From assembly GCF_009914755.1 (NCBI RefSeq), contig NC_060933.1: a DNA stretch of 64,000 bases; one strand, given 5' to 3'. The position numbers and the translations under genes were made by a program. The notes under the pieces were generated by a model. It was not told where the DNA came from and did no database searches. It worked only from the letters and a program-made list of their open reading frames with translations. This document shows positions 41,251 through 54,510 of the stretch, in pieces (the stretch's first letter is position 1; each line of letters begins with the position of its first letter). The DNA comes from the human T2T-CHM13v2.0 reference genome, Homo sapiens.

Positions 41251-44200
41251 AGTGTAAGGGAATTGAATAGAATCAATCCGAATGTAATGGAATGGAATGA
41301 AACGGAATGGAATGGAATGGAATGGAATGGAATGGAATGGAATTGAACGGAATGGAATGGAATGGAATGGAATGGATTGGAATGGAATGGAATGCAATGG
41401 AATGGAATCAACCCGAGTGCAATCGAATGGAATCGAATGGAAAAGAATGCAATGGAATGGATTCAACTTGAATGGAATGGAAAGAATGGAATCAACACGA
41501 GTTGAATGGCATGGATTGGAATGGAATGGAATGGAATCAACCCGAGTACAGGGGAATGGAATGGAATGGAATGCAATGGAATGGAATCATCCGTAATGGA
41601 ATGGAAAGGAATGGAATTGAATGGAATGGAATGGAATGGAATGGAATGGAATGGAATCAACTCGATTGCAATCGAATGGAATGGAATGGAATTAACCCGA
41701 ATAGAATGGAATGGAATGGAATGGAATGGAACGGAACGGAATGGAATGGAATGGAATGGAATGGAATGGAATGGAACGGAAAGGAAGGGAATGGAATGGA
41801 ATAGAATGGAATGGAATGGAATCAACGCGAGTGCAGGGGAATGGAATGGAATGGAATGCAATGGAATGGAATCTTCCGGAATGGAATGGAATGGAATGGA
41901 ATGGAATCAACCCGAGTGCAATGGAATGGAGTGGAATGGAATGGAATGGAATGGAACAACCCGAATGGAATGGAATGTAATGGAGAGTAAGGGAGTTGAA
42001 TAGAATCAATCCGAATGTAATGGAATAGAATGGAATGGAATGCAATGGAATGGAATCAACCCGAGTACAATGGAATGGAATGGAATGCAATGCAATGGAA
42101 TGGAATCATCCGTAATGGAATGGAAAGGAATGGAATGGAATGGAATGGAATGGAATGGAATGGAATCAACTCGATTGCAATCGAATGGAATGGAATGGAA
42201 TTAACCCGAATAGAATGGAATGGAACGGAACGGAACGGAATGGAACGGAACGGAGTGGAATGGAATGGAATGGAATTGTATGGAATGGAATGGCATGGTA
42301 TGGAATAGAATGGAATGGAAAGAATTGGAATGGAATGGAATCGAATGGAATGGAATGGAATGGAATGGAATCAACCCGAGTACAGGGGAATGTAATGCAA
42401 AAGAATGCAATGGAATGGAATCATCCGGAATGGAATGGAATGGAATGGAATTAATAGAATGGAATCAACCCGAGTGTAATGGAATGGAGTGAAATGGAAT
42501 GGAATGGAATGGAACAACCCGAATGGAATGGAATGTAATGGAGAGTAAGGGAGTTGAATAGAATCAATCCGAATGTAATGGAATGGAACGGAATGGAATG
42601 GAATGGAATGGAATGGAATGGAATGGAATGGAATGCAATGGAATGGAATCAACCCGAGTACAATGGAACGGAATGGAATGTAATGTAATGGAATGGAATG
42701 GAATGGAATGGAATGGAATGGAATGGAATCAACCCGAGTGCAATGGAATGGAGAGGAATGGAATGGAATGGAATGGAAACTACCCGAATGGAATGGAATG
42801 TAATGGAGCGTAAGGGACTTGAATAGAATCAATCCGAATGGAATGGAATGGAATGGAACGGAATGTAATGGAATGGAATGAAATGGAATCAACCCGAGTG
42901 CAGGCGAATGGAATGGAATGGAATGCAATGGAATGGAATCATCCGGAATGGAATGGAATGGAATGCAATGGAATGGAATGGAATCAACCCGAGTGCAATG
43001 GAATGGAGTGAAATGGAATGGAATGGAATGGAAACAACCAGAATGGATTGGAATATATTGGAGTGTAAGGGAATGGAATAGAATGAATCTGAATGTAATG
43101 AAATGGAATGGAACGGAATGGAATGGAATGGAATGGAATGCAATGGAATGGAATCAACCCGAGTGCAATCGAATGGAATCGAATGGAATGGAATGCAATG
43201 GAATGGATTCAACTTGAATGGAAAGGAAAGAATGGAATCAACACGAGTGGAATGGCATGGATTGGAATGGAATGGAATGGCATCAACCCGAGTACAGGGG
43301 AATGGAATGGAATGGAATGCAATAGAATGGAATCATCAGTAATGGAATGGAAAGGAATGGAAAGGACTGGAATGGAATGGAATGTAATGGAATGGAATGG
43401 AATCAACTCCATTGCAATCGAATGGTATGGAATGGAATGGAATCAACTCGATTGCAATCGAATGGAATGGAATGGAATTAACCCGAATAGAATGGAATGG
43501 AATGGTATGGAACAGAACGGAATGGAATGGAATGGAATGGAATGGAACGGAAAGGAATGGAATGGAATGGAATGGAATGGAATGGAATGGAATGGAATGG
43601 AATGGAATCAACGCGCGTGCAGGGGAATGGAATGGAATCGAATGGAATGGAAAGGAATGGAATGGAATCAACCCGAGTGCAGGGGAATGTAATGGAACGG
43701 AATGCAATAGAATGGAATCATCCGGAATGGAATGGAATGGAATCAACCCGAGTGCAATGGAATGGAGTGGAATGGAATGGAATGGAATGGAACAACCCGA
43801 ATGGAATGGAATGTAATGGAGAGTAAGGGAGTTGAAAAGAATCAATCCGAATGTAATGGAATGGAATGGAACGGAATGGAATGGAATGGAATGGAATGCA
43901 ATGTAATGGAATCAACCCGAGTACAATGGAATGGAATGCAATGGAATGGAATGGAATGGAATGGAATGGAATGGAATGGACTGCAATGGAATGGAATCTT
44001 CCGGAATGGAATGGAATGGAATGGAATGGAATGCAATGGATTCAACTCGATTGCAATGGAATGGAATAGAATGGAATGGAATGGAATGGAATGGAATTAA
44101 ACCGAATAGAATGGAATGGAATGGAATGGAACGGAACAGAACGGAAAGGAACGGAACGGAGTGGAATGGAATGGAATGGAATTGTATGGAATGGAATGGA

Positions 44201-46299
44201 ATGGTACGGAATAGAATGGAATGGAAGAATTGGAATGGAATGGAATCGAATGGAATGGAATGGAATGGAATGGAATCAACCCGAGTGCAAGGGAATGTAA
44301 TGGGACGGAATGCAATGGAATGGAATCATCCGGAATGGAATGGAATGGAATGGAATGGAATGGAATGGAAAGGAATGGAATCAACCCGAGCACAATGGAA
44401 TGGAGTGGAATGGAATGGAATGGAATGGAACAACCCGAATGGAATGGAATGTAATGGAGAGGAAGGGAGTTGAATAGAATCAATCCGAATTTAATGGAAT
44501 GGAACGGAATGGAATGGAAGGGAATGGAATGGAATGGAATGGAATGGAATGGAATGCAATGGAATGGAATCAACCCGAGTACAAAGGAACGGAATGGAAT
44601 GTAATGTAATGGAATGGAATGGAATGGAATGGAATGGAATGGAATCAACCCGATTGCAATGGAATGGAGAGCAATGGAATGGAATGGAATGCAATGGAAT
44701 GGAATCATCCGGAATGGAAAGGAATGGAATGGAATGCAAAGCAATGGAATCAACTCGATTACAATGGAATGGAATGGAATGGAAAGGAATACATTGGAAT
44801 CAACCCGAGTGGAATGGAATGGAAAGGACTGGAATGGAGTGGAATGGAATGGAATGGAATGGAATCAACTCGATTGGAATGGAATGGAATGGAATGGAAT
44901 GGAATGGAATGGAATGGAATTAACCCGAACAGAATGGAATGGAATGGAATGGAACGGATCGGAATGGAATGGAATGGAATGGAATGGAAGGGAATGGAAT
45001 GGAATGGAAACAACCCGACTGCATTGGAATGGAATGGAATGGAATGGAATGGAAGGACACGGAATAGAATGGAATGGAACGAAATGGAATGGAATGGAAT
45101 GGAATGGAATGGAATCGTTCCGAGTGGAATAGGAGGGAATGTATTCGAGTGGAATGGAAAGGAATGGAATCAACCAGAGTGGAATGGAAGGGAATGGAAT
45201 GGAATGGAAACTAATAGAATGGAATCAACCCGAGTGGAATGGAATGGAAAGGACTGGAATGGAATGGAATGGAATGGAATCAACTCGATTGTAATGGAAT
45301 GGAATGGAATGGAATGGAATGGCATGGAATGGAATTAACCCGAATACAATGCAATGGAATGGAATGGAACGGAATGGAGTGGAATGGAATGGAATCAACC
45401 CGAGTGCAGGGGAATGGAATGGAATGGAATGCAATGGAATGGAATCATCCGGTATGAAATGGAATGGAATGGAATGCAAAGCAATGGAATCAACTCGATT
45501 GCAATGGAATGGAATGGAATGGAAAGGAATACATTGGAATCAACCCGAGTGGAATGGAATGGAAAGGACTGGAATGGAGTGGAATGGAATGGAATGGAAT
45601 GGAATGGAATCAACTCGATTGGAATGGAATGGAATGGAATGGAATGGAATGGAATGGAATGGAATTAAACCGAATAGAATGGAATGGAATGGAATGGAAC
45701 GGAACGGAACGGAATGGAATGGAATGGAATGGAATGGAATGGAATGGAAACAACCCGACAGCAGGGGAATGGAATGGAAGGGAATGGAAACAACCCGACT
45801 GCAGGGGAATGGAATGGAATGGAATGTAAAGGAATGGATTCAACTTGAATGAAATGGAAAGAGTGGAATCAACACGAGTGGAATGGCATGGATTGGAATG
45901 GAATGGAATGGAATCAACCCGAGTACAGAGGAATGGAATGGAATGGAATGCAATGGAATGGAATTATCCGTAATGGAATGGAAAGGAATGGAATGGAATG
46001 GAATGGAATGGAATGGAATCAACCCGATTGCAATCGAACGGAATGGAATGGAATTAACCCGAATAGAATGGAATGGAATGGAATGGAATGGAACGGAACG
46101 GAATGGAATGGATTGGAATGGAATGGAATGGAATGGAATGGAACGGAAAGGAATGGAATGGAATGGAATGGAATGGAATGGAATGGAATGGAATCAACGC
46201 GAGTGCAGGGGAATGGAATGGAATGGAATGCAATGGAATGGAATCTTCCGGAATGGAATGGAATGGAATGGAATGGAATGGAATGGAATGGAATGGAAT

Positions 46300-49200
46300 A
46301 AACCCGAGTGCAATGGAATGGAGTGAAATGGAATGGAATGGATTGGAACAACCCGAATGGAATGGAATGTAATGGAGAGTAAGGGAGTTGAATAGAATCA
46401 ATCCGAATGTAATGGAATGGAATGGAACGGAATGGAATTGAATGGAATGGAATGGAATGGAATGGAATGGAATCAACCCGAGTTCAATGGAATGGAGAGA
46501 AATGGAATGGAATGGAATGGAAACTACCCGAATGGAATGGAATGTAATGGAGTCTAAGGGAATTGAATAGAATCAATCCGAATGTAATGGAATGGAATGG
46601 AACGGAATGGAATGGAATGGAATGGAATGGAATGGAATGGAATGCAGTGGAATGGAATCAACCCGAGTGCAATCGAATGGAATCGAATGGAATGGAATGC
46701 AATGGAATGGATTCAACTTGAATGGAATGGAAAGAATGGAATCAACACGAGTGGAATGGCATGGATTGGAATGTAATGGAATGGAATCAACCCGAGTACA
46801 GCGGAATGGAATGGAATCGAATGCAATGGAATGGCATCATCCGTAATGGAATGGAAAGGAATGGAATGGAATGGAATGGAATGGAATGGAATCAACTCGA
46901 TTGCAATCGAATGGAATGGAGTGGAATTAACCCGATTAGGATGGAATGGAATGGAATGGAACGGAACGGAACGGAACGGAACGGAATGGAATGGAATGGA
47001 ATGGAATGGAACGGAAAGGAAGGGAATGGAATGGAATAGAATGGAATGGAATGGAATCAACGCGAGTGCAGGAGAATGGAATGGAATGGAATGCAATGGA
47101 ATGGAATCTTCCGGAATGGAATGGAATGGAATGGAATGGAATGGAATGGAATCCACCCGATTGCAATGGAATGGAGTGGAATGGAATGGAATGGAATGGA
47201 ACAACCCGAATGGAATGGAATGTAATGGAGAGTAAGGGAGTTGAATAGAATCAATCCGAATGGAATGGAATGGAATGGAACGGAATGGAATTGAATGGAA
47301 TGGAATGGAATGCAATGGAATGGAATCAACCCGAGTGCAATGGAATGGAGAGGAATGGAATGGAATGCAATGGAAACTACCCGAATGGAATGTAATGCAG
47401 TGTAAGGGAATTGAATAGAATCAATCCGAATGTAATGGAATGGAATGGAACGGAATGGAATGGAATGGAATGGAATGGAATGGAATGGAATGCAATGGAA
47501 TGGAATCAACCCGAGTGCAATCAAATGGAATCGAATGGAATGGAATGCAATGGAATGGATTCAACTTGAATGGAATGGAAAGAATGGAATCAACACGAGT
47601 GGAATGGCATGGATTGGAATGGAATGGAATGGAATCAACCCGAGTACAGGGGAATGGAATGGAATGGAATGCAATGGAATGGAATCAACCGTAATGGAAT
47701 GGAAAGGAATGGAATGGAATGGAATGGAATGGAATGGAGTGGAATGGAATGGAATGGAATCAAATCGATTGCAATCGAATGGAATGGAATGGAATTAACC
47801 CGAATAGAATGGAATGGAATGGAATGGAACGGAACGGAATGGAATGGAATGGAATGGAATGGAACGGAACGGAATGGAATGGAATGGAATGGAATCAACG
47901 CGAGTGCAGGGGAATGGAATGGAATGGAATGCAATGGAATGGAATCTTCCGGAATGGAATGGAATGGAATGGAATGGAATGAAATGCAATGGAGTCAACT
48001 CGATTGCAATGGAATGGAATAGAATGGAATGGAATGGAATGGAATGGAATTAATCCGAATAGAATGGAATGGAATGCAATGGAACGGAATGGAACGGAAT
48101 GGAATGGAATGGACTGGAATGGAATTGTATGGAATGGAATGGAATGGTACGGAATAGAATGGAATGGAACGATTTGAAATGGAATGGAATTGAATGGAAT
48201 GGAATGGAATGCAATGGAATCAACGCGAGTGCAGGGGAATGTAATGGAAAGGAATGCAATGGAATGGAATCATCCGGAATGGAATGGAATGGAATGGAAT
48301 GGAATGGAATCAACCCGAGTGCAATGGAATGGAGTGGAATGGAATGGAATGGAATGGAACAACCAGAATGGAATGGAATGTAATGGAGAGTAAGGGAGTT
48401 GAATAGAATGAATCCGAAAGTAATGGAATGGAATGCAACGGAATGGAATGGAATGGAATGGAATGGAATGCAATGGAATTGAATCAACCCGAGTACAATG
48501 GAATGGAATGGAATGGAATGGAATGGAATGGAATGGAATGGAATGATACGGAATAGAATGGAATGGAACGAAATGGAATGGAATGGAACGAAATGGAATG
48601 GAATGGAATGGAATGGAATGGAATGGAATCAACCCGACTGCAGGGGAATGGAATGGAATGGAAGGCAATGGAATAGATTCAACTTGAATGGAATGGAAAG
48701 AATGGAATCAACACGACTGGAATGGCATGGATTGGAATGGAATGGAATGGAATCAACCCGAGTGCTGGGGAATGGAATGGAATGGAATGCAATGGAATGG
48801 AATCATCCGGAATGGAATGGAATGGAATGGAATGCAAAGCAATGGAATCAACTCGATTGCAATGGAATGGAATGGAATGGAAAGGAATACATTGGAATCA
48901 ACCCGAGTGGAATGGAATGGAAAGGACTGGAATGGAGTGGAATGGAATGGAATGGAATGGAATGGAATGGAATCAAGTCGATTGGAATGCAATGGAATGG
49001 AATGGAATGGAATTAACCCGAATAGAATGGAATGGAATGGAATGGAACGGAACGGAATGGAATGGAATGGAATGGAATGGAATGGAATGGAATGGAATGG
49101 AATCAACCCGACTGCAGGGGAATGGAATGGAATGGAAGGCAATGGAATAGATTCAACTTGAATGGAATGGAAAGAATGGAATCAACACGACTGGAATGGC

Positions 49201-52200
49201 ATGGATTGGAATGGAATGGAATGGAATCAACCCGAGTACAGGGGAATGGAATGGAATGGAATGCAATGGAATGGAATCATCCGTTATGGAATGGAAAGGA
49301 ATGGAATGGAATGGAATGGAATGGAATGGAATGGAATGGAATCAACTCGATTGCAATCGAATGGAATGGAATGGAATTAACCCGAATAGAATGGAATGGA
49401 ATGGAATGGAACGGAACGGAATGGAATGGAATGGAATGGAATGGAATGGAATGGAACGGAAAGGAATGGAATGGAATGGAATGGAATGGAATGGAATCAA
49501 CGCGAGTGCAGGGGAATGGAATGGAATCGAATGGAATGGAAAGGAATGGAATGGAATCAACCCGAGTGCAGGGGAATGTAATGGAACGGAATGCAATGGA
49601 ATGGAATCATCCGGAATGGAATGGAATGGAATGAATGGAATCAACCCGAGTGCAATGGAATGGAGTGGAATGGAATGGAATGGAATGGAACAACCCGAAT
49701 GGAATGGAATGTAATGGAGAGTAAGGGAGTTGAAAAGAATCAATCCGAATGTAATGGAATGGAATGGAACGGAATGGAATGGAATGGAATGGAATGGAAT
49801 GGAATGGAATGGAATGGAATGCAATGGAATGGAATCAACCCAAGTACAATGGAATGAAATGGAATGGAATGGAATGGAATGGAATGGAATGGAATGCAAT
49901 GGAATGGAATCTTCCGGAATGGAATGGAATGGAATGGAATGGAATGGAATGGAATGCAATGGATTCAACTCGATTGCAATGGAATGGAATAGAATGGAAT
50001 GGAATGGAATGGAATGGAATGGAATGGAATTAAACCGAATAGAATGGAATGGAATGGAATGGAATGGAATGGAACAGAACGGAACGGAACGGAACGGAGT
50101 GGAAAGGAATGGAATGGAATTGTATGGAATGGAATGGAATGGTACGGAATAGAATTGCATGGAAAGAATTGGAATGGAATGGAATGGAATGGAATGGAAT
50201 GGAATCAACCCAAGCGCAATGGAATGGAGTGGAATGGAATGGAATGGAATGGAACAACCCGAATGGAATGGAATGTAATGGAGAGTAAGGGAGTTGAACA
50301 GAATCAATCCGAATGTAATGGAATGGAACGGAATGGAATGGAATGGAATGGAATGGAATGGAATGGAATGCAATGGAATGGAATCAACCCGAGTACAACG
50401 GAATGTAATGTAATGTAATGTAATGTAATGTAATGGAATGGAACGGAATGGAATGGAATGGAATCAATCCGAGTGCAATGGAATGGAGTGAAATGGAATG
50501 GAATGGATTGGAACAACCCGAATGGAATGGAATGTAATGGAGAGTAAGGGAGTTGAATAGAATCAATCCGAATGTAATGGAATGGAATGGAACGGAATGG
50601 AATTGAATGGAATGGAATGGAATGGAATGGAATGGAATCAACCCGAGTTCAATGGAATGGAGAGAAATGGAATGGAATGGAATGGAAACTACCCGAATGG
50701 AATGGAATGTAATGGAGTCTAAGGGAATTGAATAGAATCAATACGAATGTAATGGAATGGAATGGAACGGAATGGAATGGAATGGAATGGAATGGAATGG
50801 AATGGAATGCAGTGGAATGGAATCAACCCGAGTGCAATCGAATGGAATCGAATGGAATGGAATGCAATGGAATGGATTCAACTTGAATGGAATGGAAAGA
50901 ATGGAATCAACACGAGTGGAATGGCATCGATTGGAATGTAATGGAATGGAATCAACCCGAGTACAGCGGAATGGAATGGAATGGAATGCAATGGAATGGA
51001 ATCATCCGTAATGGAATGGAAAGGAATGGAATGGAATGGAATGGAATGGAATGGAATCAACTCGATTGCAATCGAATGGAATGGAGTGGAATTAACCCGA
51101 TTAGGATGGAATGGAATGGAATGGAACGGAACGGAACGGAACGGAACGGAATGGAATGGAATGGAATGGAATGGAACGGAAAGGAAGGGAATGGAATGGA
51201 ATAGAATGGAATGGAATGGAATCAACGCGAGTGCAGGAGAATGGAATGGAATGGAATGCAATGGAATGGAATCTTCCGGAATGGAATGGAATGGAATGGA
51301 ATGGAATGGAATGGAATGGAATCCACCCGATTGCAATGGAATGGAGTGGAATGGAATGGAATGGAATGGAACAACCCGAATGGAATGGAATGTAATGGAG
51401 AGTAAGGGAGTTGAATAGAATCAATCCGAATGTAATGGAATGGAATGGAACGGAATGGAATTGAATGGAATGGAATGGAATGCAATGGAATGGAATCAAC
51501 CCGAGTGCAATGGAATGGAGAGGAATGGAATGGAATGCAATGGAAACTACCCGAATGGAATGTAATGGAGTGTAAGGGAATTGAATAGAATCAATCCGAA
51601 TGTAATGGAATGGAATGGAACGGAATGGAATGGAATGGAATGGAATGCAATGGAATGGAATGCAATGGAATGGAATCAACCCGAGTGCAATCAAATGGAA
51701 TCGAATGGAATGGAATGCAATGGAATGGATTCAACTTGAATGGAATGGAAAGAATGGAATCAACACGAGTGGAATGGCATGGATTGGAATGGAATGGAAT
51801 GGAATCAACCCGAGTACAGGGGAATGGAATGGAATGGAATGCAATGGAATGGAATCAACCGTAATGGAATGGAAAGGAATGGAATGGAATGGAATGGAAT
51901 GGAATGGAATGGAGTGGAATGGAATGCAATGGAATCAAATCGATTGCAATCGAATGGAATGGAATGGAATTAACCCGAATAGAATGGAATGGAATGGAAT
52001 GGAACGGAACGGAATGGAATGGAATGGAATGGAATGGAATGGAACGGAACGGAATGGAATGGAATGGAATGGAATCAACGCGAGTGCAGGGGAATGGAAT
52101 GGAATGGAATGCAATGGAATGGAATCTTCCGGAATGGAATGGAATGGAATGGAATGGAATGAAATGCAATGGAGTCAACTCGATTGCAATGGAATGGAAT

Positions 52201-54510
52201 AGAATGGAATGGAATGGAATGGAATGGAATTAATCCGAATAGAATGGAATGGAATGCAATGGAACGGAATGGAACGGAATGGAATGGAATGGACTGGAAT
52301 GGAATTGTATGGAATGGAATGGAATGGTACGGAATAGAATGGAATGGAACGATTTGAAATGGAATGGAATTGAATGGAATGGAATGGAATGCAATGGAAT
52401 CAACGCGAGTGCAGGGGAATGTAATGGAAAGGAATGCAATGGAATGGAATCATCCGGAATGGAATGGAATGGAATGGAATGGAATGGAATCAACCCGAGT
52501 GCAATGGAATGGAGTGGAATGGAATGGAATGGAATGGAACAACCAGAATGGAATGGAATGTAATGGAGAGTAAGGGAGTTGAATAGAATGAATCCGAAAG
52601 TAATGGAATGGAATGCAACGGAATGGAATGGAATGGAATGGAATGGAATGCAATGGAATTGAATCAACCCGAGTACAATGGAATGGAATGGAATGGAATG
52701 GAATGGAATGGAATGGAATGGAATGGAATGATACGGAATAGAATGGAATGGAACGAAATGGAATGGAATGGAATGGAATGGAATGGAATGGAATGGAATG
52801 GAATCAACCCGAGTGCTGGGGAATGGAATGGAATGGAATGCAATGGAATGGAATCATCCGGAATGGAATGGAATGGAATGGAATGCAAAGCAATGGAATC
52901 AACTCGATTGCAATGGAATGGAATGGAATGGAAAGGAATACATTGGAATCAACCCGAGTGGAATGGAATGGAAAGGACTGGAATGGAGTGGAATGGAATG
53001 GAATGGAATGGAATGGAATGGAATCAAGTCGATTGGAATGCAATGGAATGGAATGGAATGGAATTAACCCGAATAGAATGGAATGGAATGGAATGGAACG
53101 GAACGGAACGGAATGGAATGGAATGGAATGGAATGGAATGGAATGGAATGGAATCAACCCGACTGCAGGGGAATGGAATGGAATGGAAGGCAATGGAATA
53201 GATTCAACTTGAATGGAATGGAAAGAATGGAATCAACACGACTGGAATGGCATGGATTGGAATGGAATGGAATGGAATCAACCCGAGTACAGGGGAATGG
53301 AATGGAATGGAATGCAATGGAATGGAATCATCCGTTATGGAATGGAAAGGAATGGAATGGAATGGAATGGAATGGAATGGAATGGAATGGAATGGAATCA
53401 ACTCGATTGCAATCGAATGGAATGGAATGGAATTAACCCGAATAGAATGGAATGGAATGGAATGGAACGGAACGGAATGGAATGGAATGGAATGGAATGG
53501 AATGGAATGGAACGGAAAGGAATGGAATGGAATGGAATGGAATGGAATGGAATCAACGCGAGTGCAGGGGAATGGAATGGAATCGAATGGAATGGAAAGG
53601 AATGGAATGGAATCAACCCGAGTGCAGGGGAATGTAATGGAACGGAATGCAATGGAATGGAATCATCCGGAATGGAATGGAATGTAATGAATGGAATCAA
53701 CCCGAGTGCAATGGAATGGAGTGGAATGGAATGGAATGGAATGGAACAACCCGAATGGAATGGAATGTAATGGAGAGTAAGGGAGTTGAAAAGAATCAAT
53801 CCGAATGTAATGGAATGGAATGGAACGGAATGGAATGGAATGGAATGGAATGGAATGGAATGGAATGGAATGCAATGGAATGGAATCAACCCAAGTACAA
53901 TGGAATGAAATGGAATGGAATGGAATGGAATGGAATGGAATGGAATGCAATGGAATGGAATCTTCCGGAATGGAATGGAATGGAATGGAATGGAATGGAA
54001 TGGAATGCAATGGATTCAACTCGATTGCAATGGAATGGAATAGAATGGAATGGAATGGAATGGAATGGAATGGAATTAAACCGAATAGAATGGAATGGAA
54101 TGGAATGGAATGGAACAGAACGGAACGGAACGGAACGGAGTGGAAAGGAATGGAATGGAATTGTATGGAATGGAATGGAATGGTACGGAATAGAATTGAA
54201 TGGAAAGAATTGGAATGGAATGGAATGGAATGGAATGGAATGAAATCAACCCAAGCGCAATGGAATGGAGTGGAATGGAATGGAATGGAATGGAACAACC
54301 CGAATGGAATGGAATGTAATGGAGAGTAAGGGAGTTGAGCAGAATCAATCCGAATGTAATGGAATGGAACGGAATGGAATGGAATGGAATGGAATGGAAT
54401 GGAATGGAATGGAATGGAATGCAATGGAATGGAATCAACCCAAGTACAACGGAATGTAATGTAATGTAATGTAATGTAATGGAATGGAACGGAATGGAAT
54501 GGAATGGAAT
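46300..54510 (-). repeat. ~4.1 kb tandem duplication (2 copies) inside the inverted block
   Basis: agtctaaggg at 46551/50716; cccgattagg at 46931/51096; atccacccga at 47151/51321; gatttgaaat at 48171/52351; aaccagaatg at 48361/52541; caagcgcaat at 50211/54252. Confidence 0.92.
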
